DNA of 61,233 bases, the filler included. It is 9 parts of 9 records of this genome, joined end to end, with 100 filler letters (N's around TTAATTAATTAA, not from the genome) between each part and the next. Parts side by side here need not be neighbours in the genome. Positions count along the whole stretch, not along the records: positions 1 to 12,253 come from SRR31147125_48006; 8 more parts are not named here. One strand, written 5' to 3'. Made by a program: the position numbers and the translations under genes. Shown piece after piece: positions 1-9,030 of this stretch. How positions within the stretch are numbered: position 1 is the first letter of the stretch; each line of letters starts with the position of its first letter. The notes beneath the pieces are model-generated. The model saw only the letters and a list, made by a program, of their open reading frames with translations. It was not told where the DNA came from and searched no databases.

Positions 1-30
1 TAGATTTTCTAATGCATATTGCGGGTTTAA

Positions 31-1107
31 TTAGTCTGAAAGTTCAATGGTATAACTATCGTAAGCCTCATTGCGCCATGCCTTGTCGATAGTAGTTGGC
101 GAAAAGGCAAAAAGCGGTGAAAAGGTTTTTACGACAATCGTCTTTTCATCGGGCATAAACTCCAAGATACGCAGCCATCCGTCGCCTCCGTTTCCGTGCC
201 AGCCGCCACCTGCAGTTTGGGCATTAAAAACCATCTGATGCACTTCTTTTCCGCCGGCATTCTTTTCGTTTCGGTAGCCTACGTTTTCTTTGAATCCTCC
301 GGTTCCGCCAATATGCCCGCAAAAAACCATTTCTATATTTTCCGATGGCTCAATTAGCTTCTCCCACAGTTGCTTTCCATGCGTTACGTCTTTTACTTTG
401 TAGCCCTCTTTTTCAATAAGTTCGTTGTTCTTCGCCATCGATTTCATGTAGCTGTGAGTGAGTACAACTCCCTTGTAATCTTTATATTTTTCTTGCGCAA
501 AAATTTCTTTAGCCTGCTGAACAATCGTCTCCCTGGCATTAAATTCCAACGATACAATCAGGTAGTTTATTCCATGTGGCGATACAAACTCGTAATACGC
601 ATTTTCAAGAGCAGGTTCTCCTGAAAAATTGGGCATCATTCCGGCTAAAATTTTACTCGTGGCTTTTAACTTATTCGGAGGGAAATAAGAATTTAGTTGC
701 GAGTAACGATTCTCTGCCGATTTTGTGCCGTAATCGTGATTCCCCGTGCAAAGTATGTACGGCACCACCGTGTCTAACACCGAAAAAGCATTGCGTACTG
801 CTGTCCACTGCTGAACACTGTTTTGATTTCCGTTTACGCCATCGCCAACTTGAATATTGTTCTGCTCCACCAAATCGCCTTCGCACAAAACCAGTTCAAT
901 ATTCAGTTTTTCTTTGTTGTGTTTTATCCAGCGCGTCATTAATTCAAAAACAGGCTGATTCTGCTCAAACTTGCCATAAGTCTGCGGGTCGGGCAATACA
1001 ATCATTGTCCACGAATTTTCATTTTCCAGTTTTGGCTGCCCGGATTGAGCAAATATTCCGAAATAAAAACAGAATAAAATAGTCAGTGTTAGTAGTAACT
1101 TTCTCAT
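31..1107 (-). CDS. Secreted calcineurin-like metallophosphoesterase
   Basis: Signal peptide; motifs PDPQ, GDLV, GNHDY, TH, CGH. Confidence 0.85.
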   Translation of the reverse strand: MRKLLLTLTILFCFYFGIFAQSGQPKLENENSWTMIVLPDPQTYGKFEQNQPVFELMTRWIKHNKEKLNIELVLCEGDLVEQNNIQVGDGVNGNQNSVQQWTAVRNAFSVLDTVVPYILCTGNHDYGTKSAENRYSQLNSYFPPNKLKATSKILAGMMPNFSGEPALENAYYEFVSPHGINYLIVSLEFNARETIVQQAKEIFAQEKYKDYKGVVLTHSYMKSMAKNNELIEKEGYKVKDVTHGKQLWEKLIEPSENIEMVFCGHIGGTGGFKENVGYRNEKNAGGKEVHQMVFNAQTAGGGWHGNGGDGWLRILEFMPDEKTIVVKTFSPLFAFSPTTIDKAWRNEAYDSYTIELSD

Positions 1108-1125
1108 AGCTTTATTTTTTTCAGG

Positions 1126-1785
1126 TTATAATTCTATTCCCAAAACAATCCCCACAATCAGCCGGTTTTGCCAGTCTTCGGCAGTTCGGTCCGATTGTAC
1201 CAGCGCATAAACGGCCGGCTCTAACTTTCCCTTTTTCGCTTCAAAGCCTACATAAATCCGATTGCGCGTTATTTCTTCTTTTACAACAAAAATCTCCTCC
1301 ATTATGTACGGATTAATGTTCATCGAAGTCCAGCTCCAATCCGCTTTAATCTTCAAATCACTCCGGTAACGAAACTGGCTGCTTTCCACTTCAAACATGC
1401 GAAATTCAAATCTGTGGCGGTTACGAAACTTCCAGTTGCCAAATTGTTTCTTACCCGTTATTCGAAACATCGGGCGGTATTCCTGCACTTTAACACCATC
1501 CAAATCGTAAAATTCGTGGCGGTATAAAATCTCCAAACCGAGCCAGCTTTGTGGACTATAAAAAAGTTTCCCTTCCAAAAACCAGTCGTAGTTGCCCAAA
1601 CTTTGGCTATACAAATTATTAAACAGAATTTCGCCTCTCCATTTTTCAAAAAAATTACGGAACACGTAGGCTTCCTGCCAAAATTCTTCAATTCCTGAAT
1701 CGTCGTTTTCAGCTGCAAACAGATTGCCGGTAAACATCAAAAGGCATACTAAGAGGAATATATTTTTTGTTGGTTTGTATTTCAA
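1126..1785 (-). CDS. Outer-membrane beta-barrel protein, DUF2490-like (start uncertain, probably TTG at 1785)
   Basis: Signal peptide, amphipathic strands, RHRFEFR...RYR and PYIMEEIF segments typical of DUF2490. Confidence 0.6.
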   Translation of the reverse strand: MKYKPTKNIFLLVCLLMFTGNLFAAENDDSGIEEFWQEAYVFRNFFEKWRGEILFNNLYSQSLGNYDWFLEGKLFYSPQSWLGLEILYRHEFYDLDGVKVQEYRPMFRITGKKQFGNWKFRNRHRFEFRMFEVESSQFRYRSDLKIKADWSWTSMNINPYIMEEIFVVKEEITRNRIYVGFEAKKGKLEPAVYALVQSDRTAEDWQNRLIVGIVLGIEL

Positions 1786-1789
1786 AATG

Positions 1790-2929
1790 TTACTTCTTTT
1801 TAAACAATACGATTGCTGCTCCTGCAAGCACAAAAACAACAATGCCTATCAGCGTAAAAATCAAGGCCTTCCCCGTTTTATTTTCTTTTTGCGCTGACTC
1901 TTCAACCTTTACTTTTGGGGCAGAACTTCCAAACACCTCATATAAATCAATAGTTTCCGGGGCAAAAGCCACACTACCACTTGCATCACTCAGTTTTTCC
2001 TTGGCCAGAATGCGGCTCATTTCTGCCAAAATCATCGGGTTATCCACATCGAAACCAACCAATTTTGCAAGGTGCTGGCGAGTTTCTGCCGGCCAGTATA
2101 AAGGAATTTGGTGCCCCAACATCCATTTCCGGTCGAGACCACATTCGCAGTCGGCACCAATCATCGACATGTATTTGTACAAGCCACCGGCCATCACCTG
2201 CTCATAGTTGAGTGCTTCGCCCATAATCCGGCCTCTCCCGTACAAAACAAAGGCTTGCGGTTCGTCGGGCTGCTCTTCAATGCCAAGACTCCAAAGCAAC
2301 AAATTTTCTTTTTCGAAATCGTCAGCAGAAACTGTTACAGCCACCGGCCCGTGTTTTACAATCTTGGGCATCGACGGCATAATATTTTCAATGGCATCGC
2401 ACTCGTGCTGAATTTTAATTTCAAAATGCCTGTTCTTACCATTATCTTTTCCGGGTACCCAAAAAACAAACGCAAAAACATCGGGGTACTGCTTTCGCAT
2501 CTGCGTTCTCAGAAAAGAGTCTTTTACTTTCGAATATATTTTTGTGAAATCCTTTCCTTCAAAAACAAATACCCGTCGGTCGGGCGACACCAAAACCGTT
2601 GCCGGAAACGAAAGTCGTTTTTCTTTTGCAGCAATTACAACAGGATGTTGGCTGTCTTTTTCAGGATGAAGAATTTCGAGACGAATGTTGCAATCCTTAT
2701 TTTGCAAGTGATAGCTTTGCCAAAATACATCGTTTGGATTGGCGCTTCCGTCAATTACCGCCAGTGTATAAATATCCTGCGAGAGAATTGAAAAACCAAT
2801 CTCGCGTACGGTAAAGCGACAAGCCGATGTACTCAGCCCGAGAATGGTTATGAATAGTAGTATGAGTTTGAATTTGCAAATATTTGACCCCATCCGTCCT
2901 CCCCAAAGGGGACTACCCTTTTGGCACAT
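1790..2929 (-). CDS. Hypothetical exported protein with Cys right after the signal peptide, a DCEC motif and a C-terminal TM anchor (start 2929 or 2893, not 3148)
   Basis: Hydrophobic stretch LILLFITILGLSTSA-C; GADCECG; C-terminal ALIFTLIGIVVFVLAGAAIVLFKKK. The ORF extension to 3148 runs through palindromic repeats. Confidence 0.7.
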   Translation of the reverse strand: MCQKGSPLWGGRMGSNICKFKLILLFITILGLSTSACRFTVREIGFSILSQDIYTLAVIDGSANPNDVFWQSYHLQNKDCNIRLEILHPEKDSQHPVVIAAKEKRLSFPATVLVSPDRRVFVFEGKDFTKIYSKVKDSFLRTQMRKQYPDVFAFVFWVPGKDNGKNRHFEIKIQHECDAIENIMPSMPKIVKHGPVAVTVSADDFEKENLLLWSLGIEEQPDEPQAFVLYGRGRIMGEALNYEQVMAGGLYKYMSMIGADCECGLDRKWMLGHQIPLYWPAETRQHLAKLVGFDVDNPMILAEMSRILAKEKLSDASGSVAFAPETIDLYEVFGSSAPKVKVEESAQKENKTGKALIFTLIGIVVFVLAGAAIVLFKKK

Positions 2930-3208
2930 CTTTTTCAAATTAAAATAAAAAAAATAATTTGTTTCAGTTTCTTTACCCCTCACTCTGTCGAGAGCTCCCC
3001 TCATGAGGGGAGCCAGCGTTGAATAAGCCTCAAAAGTTCCATCTAAGCCTCTTGCTTTACATCTTTCGTTTTCCCCTCTGTGAGGGGAAATATCGATAGA
3101 CAAAGGGGTAGTGTTATTATTATATTTTCGTGTATATTTCAATTTCATATTTGTGTATTAAGACTAGCAAAGGGAAGGCAATATCCCCCTTTGGGGGATT
3201 AAGGGGTT
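2890..3208. repeat. Cluster of REP-like palindromic repeats
   Basis: Hairpins tccccaaagggga (~2900), ctcccctcatgaggggag (~2996), ttcccctctgtgaggggaa (~3071), tccccctttggggga (~3184). The copies at ~2974-3013 and ~3070-3110 are a degenerate inverted pair. Confidence 0.75.
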
Positions 3209-3267
3209 AGTACTCCAAAACAATTTTTAATACGTAAATAGCTCATCCTTCAACTAATTTTAGCCCC

Positions 3268-6200
3268 CTACTCTGCAGCAATAACTTCCTCTTTCTCCAC
3301 CTTAGTAAACCTTTGCTCCCGCACAAATTTCCGTTCTTTTCCTGCCTTATTAATAAAGATGGCAGTTTTCACTTCTGCCGAATTTTCAAGCACAAACGGG
3401 CCTGTATATTTTTTAGAATTTTTATCCGGTTCGCTGCCGTCAGTCGTATAATACAACTGTCCTTTTACACCGGGTTTTACAGAAAGCTCGATTTCTGCTG
3501 AACCGACAAACTCATCGAAATTACATTCGTGTACGTATTCTCCACAAGGTTTCTTTTTTGTAATCGCGTGTTGATGTTTCTCCAAGGTTTTTAATGGTAA
3601 TCGGAGCTCGCGAAATTGGCGCCATCACCATCGAAGTTTCCAGCCAGTTTCCGCAACTGCAACCACCTCCGGCTTCGGGTGAAAGAATCATTCCCTCTGC
3701 AGGAATTGTACTGAGCCAACAATCGGGACGCAGGCGGTTCCACTTGGAAAAATTCCGTGTATCGAAATTAAACTGCGTAACACTTCCGCCGCGGTAAAAT
3801 ACCGATTGCTCGGTTAACGCGTAATGCGCACACCCGTGGCCTACTTTCGGAACATTGTAGCTAATTTGCTCGCCTGTTTCAACATAAAACAAATAAGGTT
3901 TCAACATTAAACGATTGCCCACAATGGCAGGTTTCGACATGTGTGCACCGTGGTCACTGTGGAACCAGTCGCGTTTGGCTTTCCACAACTGCTTTCCTGT
4001 GGTTGCATCGAAAGCGTGAATATCGTAAACACTCTTCTGCGAAGCCGAAACCACCAGCTTATTATTTCCACCGGCCATAAAATACGCTGTTTTGCCCTGC
4101 AATGTCCGCACACGTGTTTCCCACTGTTTTTCGCCGGTATTTACATCAAGGCTCACAATCCACGCATTTTTGTAGATTTCGTCGCCGCCATGCCCGGTTT
4201 GCAAACTTTCAGCATTTGCCGAGCGGGTTTCAACAAAAGCAATTGAACTATTCTGAATAACAATGGTCGGATTTACTACCGCTCCCTTCGGAACATACTC
4301 CCATATTTTTGAATTTCCGTTCTTGTTGAAAGCAAAAAGTTTTGAGCTCATTACCTTGTAAACCAGCGGCCCCTCTTTGGCATCGTACCACCCGGCACCA
4401 CCATGAAAATTGGTAAAATGCGAACCTTTTACAGTTGAGCTTCCCACAATTTTATCATCGAGCACTCCAATATATCCCCAATCAATTTCACCTTTATCAA
4501 AATTATCGATGGCCACAACTTCGGCCACATCGCCGGTGAGGTTATTTACTTTGTGCAATTTTTCTTCAATTACCATGTACAGAAAATCTTTACCAGCAGC
4601 CCAGTTCGAGCAGTCGCGCAATACATTCATTCGCTTTAGTCCTGAAAAATCTTTCGCCCAGAAAATAGTACCGTTGTAAACATTCAGTCCAATAACTCGC
4701 TCGTTACCCTGCACATACAATCTTCCACTAACCGCCAGTGGCGAAGGTTTTCTGCCATTTCTATCGGTTTGAAAACGCGGCCCCGGGCGGCCCATCCACT
4801 GAATTTCGAAATCGTTGGTTGAGGTTGAGCCCCACAGACTTTCGCCACCAAACGAACCATTTTCAGGGCTTCCGTATTGGTGTGTCCAGTCGCCGGTATT
4901 TTCAATAGGATTTTTGGTGAGCAACAAAGCATTATCTCCGTATTTTTCAACCTCCACCTGCCAGTCGAGAATTGAATTTTTCATCCACTCTTTCGCATCG
5001 CTAACACCGTTTACAACTGCAAATCTTTTGGGAGAAATCAAACGAATAATTTCGTCAGCTTCAAAATTGTTTCCTTCGTTTACCCATACCAAATCAGCAA
5101 TTTCTGAAATAACAGGAAGTTCTTTGTAATCATCTACTTTTAATGCTGAAATCTTTCTGCCGTACAATCCATTTTTATGGAGAATTTCGATAAAATCATC
5201 GGCCTTTTCAGTTGAACTCTCAATGTTTATTACATTCAACGCCGACTGTGCAGCAATTTCAAAAGCCGCTTCGTCCGACTCTTCACCTAAAACGAAACAA
5301 ATTCCTTCTCCAAACTTATTGGCATCAAGAAAAGCTTTTACTTCGTTCTGATAGGTTTTGCTGCGCGGGAATTCTCCTTCAACTTTTGCTTCGGCAGTAA
5401 AATTGAAAAAGTTATCGTACTCAAACTTCGCCATTTTGCCTTCTTTCGACTCAATTTTGTACCCATAACTGTATCCTTTACGAACCGGCAAAACAAAATG
5501 ATGTTTCCAGCTCGGAGCATCGCCTTCAATCGAATACGAGAATCCTTCGGTTTGCCACTCTACTTTAGGTTGAATCTTTGTTTCTGTTTCGAATTGTAAC
5601 AACACCGAATCTTCTGAAAGCGCATGAATAAACGGCCCGGCCTTTAATTGTAAAACAGGGTATTCTTCAGGATTTGTACTTTTTTCTTCTGAGACCGCAT
5701 CAATTGCTGCCTCTTTATCATAGTTAGCAGCAAATGTTGTCGACTCGCCTTTTCCTTCCTTAAAACAATAAATATTTCCTTCGTTGGTTGAGGCGTAAAG
5801 TGCATTGTTTGCAAACGAAAGCGCGTAAACCGTTCCTGCAACATGACCTTCCCACAACGGCAAGCCATTTTTTGTATTTATCCCCAATACCTTGTCGGTG
5901 CTCCCTGCAAACAACACATCGCCGGCAATTATTATACGGTGTGCGCGGTAATCTCTTCGCAGCCAAAGTAATTTTTTCGATTTTCGGTGATAAGCAGCAA
6001 TGCTTGTTTCGTTAAGCACATAGCTGGTATCGCCTTTTACAACCATCTCTTTTCCATCCTTGAAAGTCATAAATTCCGGTTGCTTTTCAATGGGCGATTC
6101 CACAATACTTTTATGGCGCGACGTGTGCCCATGCACAATATTCTGGTCGGGCGTTACCAACACAAAACATCCTCCGGTTCCGGCCAGTTGTCCTTTTTTT

Positions 6201-7032
6201 CGCCCGTATTTTTATCGAGAAAAACAGGAGAAATCCGCCCTTGCGGCTGAATCAACATGGTTCCTGTGGAAGCCATCGAACCTTCCAATGTCATGTTCAT
6301 GTCGTTGTATTCTTTCACATAGGTTCCCGCAATATCAGTTTTACCGGTTTCTATATTTACTGCACAAACGTACGATTTCTTCCAGGGTAACATCGATGCT
6401 CCAAAATAGGCAATACCATCTTCAATCAACACTCCGGTCCGGATGGGCCAGAATGAAATCAGACGCCCGTTATTCAACACTTTTTGATAGTCTTCAGGCG
6501 ACGGACAGTAGCGCCAGTTTAACGTTCCTTTTACAGCATTAACCGAGTATAAATATCCGTCGTCGGAGCCAAAATAAAGGTTGCCGTTGTGGTAAGTTGG
6601 TGCCACACGAATGGGACCTCCGGTGGTAAAATGCCACTTTTCTTTTCCCGATTTGGCGTTCAGACAATGCAGGGCATCATCGGCCGAAGAACCGTAAAAA
6701 AGATAATCGCCAACCACAATGGGATAGTAGGCCAAGTCGTAATCGCGCATCGATGGCAGCGGACCGCTGTTTGCATAGGCATCTTCTTTGGCAGGTCCGT
6801 ACCAAGCCGGTTTTGGAGCTTGCGGAGCTTTGTAAACCCATGCTTCTCCCTGTGTCTCGAGGTTAAGATTTGCTTCGATTCCGGCACTGCGCAAATTGTC
6901 TTTTTTAAACTGCGGCCAGTCGGTATCGGTTACCTCGGGCGCTTTATTTATACACGAAGCCATTACAAAAGCTGCCAATGCTACAAGCGCAATCGTTCTT
7001 AGTTTCTTTTTGGTTGATGATAATTGGTTCAT
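3268..7032 (-). CDS. Giant (~1250 aa) PQQ/BamB-type beta-propeller lipoprotein, split into three ORFs by two frameshifts (~6194-6200 and ~3545-3550)
   Basis: Lipobox VMASC; DWPQFKKD and GDWTHQYG propeller starts; repeated G-x-x-x-W blades; C-terminal YYTTDGSEP (CHB_HEX_C/Fn3-associated) domain. Adding one A to the A7 run gives a continuous NTGEKKGQLAGTGGCFVLVTP. Confidence 0.75.
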
Positions 7033-7077
7033 CTTATTCTCTTTGTTTAAATTTCTGCGATAAGTCATAATAAGAAC

Positions 7078-7164
7078 GTCACTCTGAAGCTGTTTCAGAG
7101 TCTTCTTTGTAAATATCTGTTCATTAACCGAAGTCTAAAGATGCTGAAATGAGTTCAGCATGAC
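7078..7164. repeat. Inverted pair of 26-bp REP-like palindromes
   Basis: gtcactctgaagctgtttcagagtct (7078-7103) aligns with the reverse complement of agatgctgaaatgagttcagcatgac (7139-7164). Each unit is itself a hairpin. Confidence 0.8.
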
Positions 7165-7198
7165 GTACTAATTATTGAATGCTGTATGATGTTTATAT

Positions 7199-7867
7199 TC
7201 ATTTTTGTTCTATTTCTACAATCTTTCCTTTATTCATGGTCACGGTTGTGTCGGCCAAACCATCGGCTTCGTTTCCGTGCGATACCATAACTACTGTGCC
7301 CCCGTTTTGCCTGAATTTTGCCAAATGCGCCAATACTTCTTTGGTATTTTCGAGATCGAGGTTTCCGGTTGGTTCATCGGCCAAAATAATTTTAGGCTGA
7401 ATAATAAAGGCACGGGCAAGCGCCACACGCTGCTTCTCTCCTATCGACAATTCTGATGGTTTGTGTGTCAGGCGGTGGTCGATGTTCAAATCTTTGGTAA
7501 TTTCGAGTGCATGTTCTTTTGTAACCATTTTATTGCCGGCCTTTTCTGGAAGAAGAATATTTTCGAGCACTGTTAAATAAGGTACCAAATAATACGACTG
7601 AAACACAAAACCTAGTTGCGACGAAAGAAAAGCAGTCCTTTCTTTTTCTGAAAGATGAAAGGGTTTCTTTTTCATCACTTCCAGCTCTCCCGACGACGGT
7701 TTCAACATTCCGCCAATGGTAAACAGCAATGTCGATTTTCCGCAGCCACTGGGGCCTTTTATTAATACAAACCGACCTTCAGGAATGTGCAGGTTGATTT
7801 CATTCAAGGCTATCACATCGGCTTTTTTCGACCTGAATATTTTTGTTATATCTTTTAAATCAATCAT
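7199..7867 (-). CDS. ABC transporter ATP-binding protein, LolD/MacB-like
   Basis: GPSGCGKS, FVFQ, LSIGEKQR, ADEPTGNLD, SH. Confidence 0.92.
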   Translation of the reverse strand: MIDLKDITKIFRSKKADVIALNEINLHIPEGRFVLIKGPSGCGKSTLLFTIGGMLKPSSGELEVMKKKPFHLSEKERTAFLSSQLGFVFQSYYLVPYLTVLENILLPEKAGNKMVTKEHALEITKDLNIDHRLTHKPSELSIGEKQRVALARAFIIQPKIILADEPTGNLDLENTKEVLAHLAKFRQNGGTVVMVSHGNEADGLADTTVTMNKGKIVEIEQK

Positions 7868-7884
7868 TGTTTCTTTTCTAAAAT

Positions 7885-9021
7885 CTACTCCTGTTTCAAC
7901 ACCTCGGCCGGCTCCTGTTTTATTGCAAATACAATGGGAACAAAAGCTGCCAGAGCCGCAAACAGCGGGGCAATTAAAACCGCTTTATATAAAAGCGAAT
8001 AAACAGGTTTTACCGAACGAGCCGTAACTTTAAACACTTCGGGGCCGTATTGCATGCCCAGCCAGGTTGCCACAAAAAAGCCCAACAAAGCCCCCAGTAA
8101 ACCGGTTAATAAAGCGCGCGCAAAAAACAAACGGGCAATCTTCCAGCTGTTAAACCCGGTGGCACGCAGTGTTCCAATTTCGGTTCTGCGTTGTAACACA
8201 TTTATCATCGAGAAAGTGCCCACCCACAACAAACAGGCGAGTAAAATTACCGGCAACAGCACGGCAAAATAGTTGTCCATCATTTTGCGTTGGCGCTCGC
8301 GTGCTACGGCAATGGTACGGTTCATAATTACTTTCGAATCGGGAAGGATTTTGTTTAGTTGCACACGGAGTGCTTCAAGCGGGTCGTCGCTGTCGGTTGA
8401 ACACAAACAATTAAGCGCCATAATTTCGTTAATACGCCCCTCCATTTTCAGTAATTTCTGCAGCTCTTTTAAATCAAAATAAATACGGATATCATCACCC
8501 GAGCCGGTTTCTGCCAAGGTACGTTCAACGTTAAATTCTTTTCCCAGAATATTTACAATCTGCCCGTCTTTCAAGTTAAGGTCTTTTGCCAGTTCGTAAC
8601 CCACATAAACAGTTCCGGGCTCAACGGCAAAAATCATCTTCGTTTTTTCACTTCCTTTTGGTTCCAGTTCGTCGGGAGCAATTCCGGTTAACACCACCTC
8701 TTTACTCTTCCATTCAATTTTACGATGAAGTGTTGCCGTTATGTGAGCGTAATAAATGGCCTTCGAGTCCACCAGTTTGTCAACATATTCTTCAGGCATT
8801 GTTTGGTTCGAGTAGCCCGAAATCCAAAAATCATTCATGTTGGTATTATCGGGAACAATCTTCAGGTTGAATCCCATATCTCGTGTCAGGCGCCGGGTTT
8901 CGTTTTTCGAGGCAGCGGTCATCATAAAAAACACCACCACAATGGCCACGGCTGCAACCATGCCAACCAATGCAAGCAAAAAATTGAACATTCGGTATTT
9001 TATTTCTTTAAGAAACAGCAT
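7885..9021 (-). CDS. FtsX/MacB-family ABC permease
   Basis: One N-terminal TM, a periplasmic domain, three C-terminal TMs, RRTEIGTLRATG; periplasmic ALNCLC motif. Confidence 0.88.
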   Translation of the reverse strand: MLFLKEIKYRMFNFLLALVGMVAAVAIVVVFFMMTAASKNETRRLTRDMGFNLKIVPDNTNMNDFWISGYSNQTMPEEYVDKLVDSKAIYYAHITATLHRKIEWKSKEVVLTGIAPDELEPKGSEKTKMIFAVEPGTVYVGYELAKDLNLKDGQIVNILGKEFNVERTLAETGSGDDIRIYFDLKELQKLLKMEGRINEIMALNCLCSTDSDDPLEALRVQLNKILPDSKVIMNRTIAVARERQRKMMDNYFAVLLPVILLACLLWVGTFSMINVLQRRTEIGTLRATGFNSWKIARLFFARALLTGLLGALLGFFVATWLGMQYGPEVFKVTARSVKPVYSLLYKAVLIAPLFAALAAFVPIVFAIKQEPAEVLKQE

Positions 9022-9030
9022 CTTCTAAAA

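Noticed and set aside
2930-3148. Long N-terminal extension of ORF 1790-3148
   Set aside because: It runs through intergenic palindromic repeats and precedes the evident signal peptide, so it is probably an open frame by chance
2890-3208. Possible CRISPR array from repeated palindromes
   Set aside because: Units are degenerate, in mixed orientation and irregularly spaced, with no cas genes. REP-like instead
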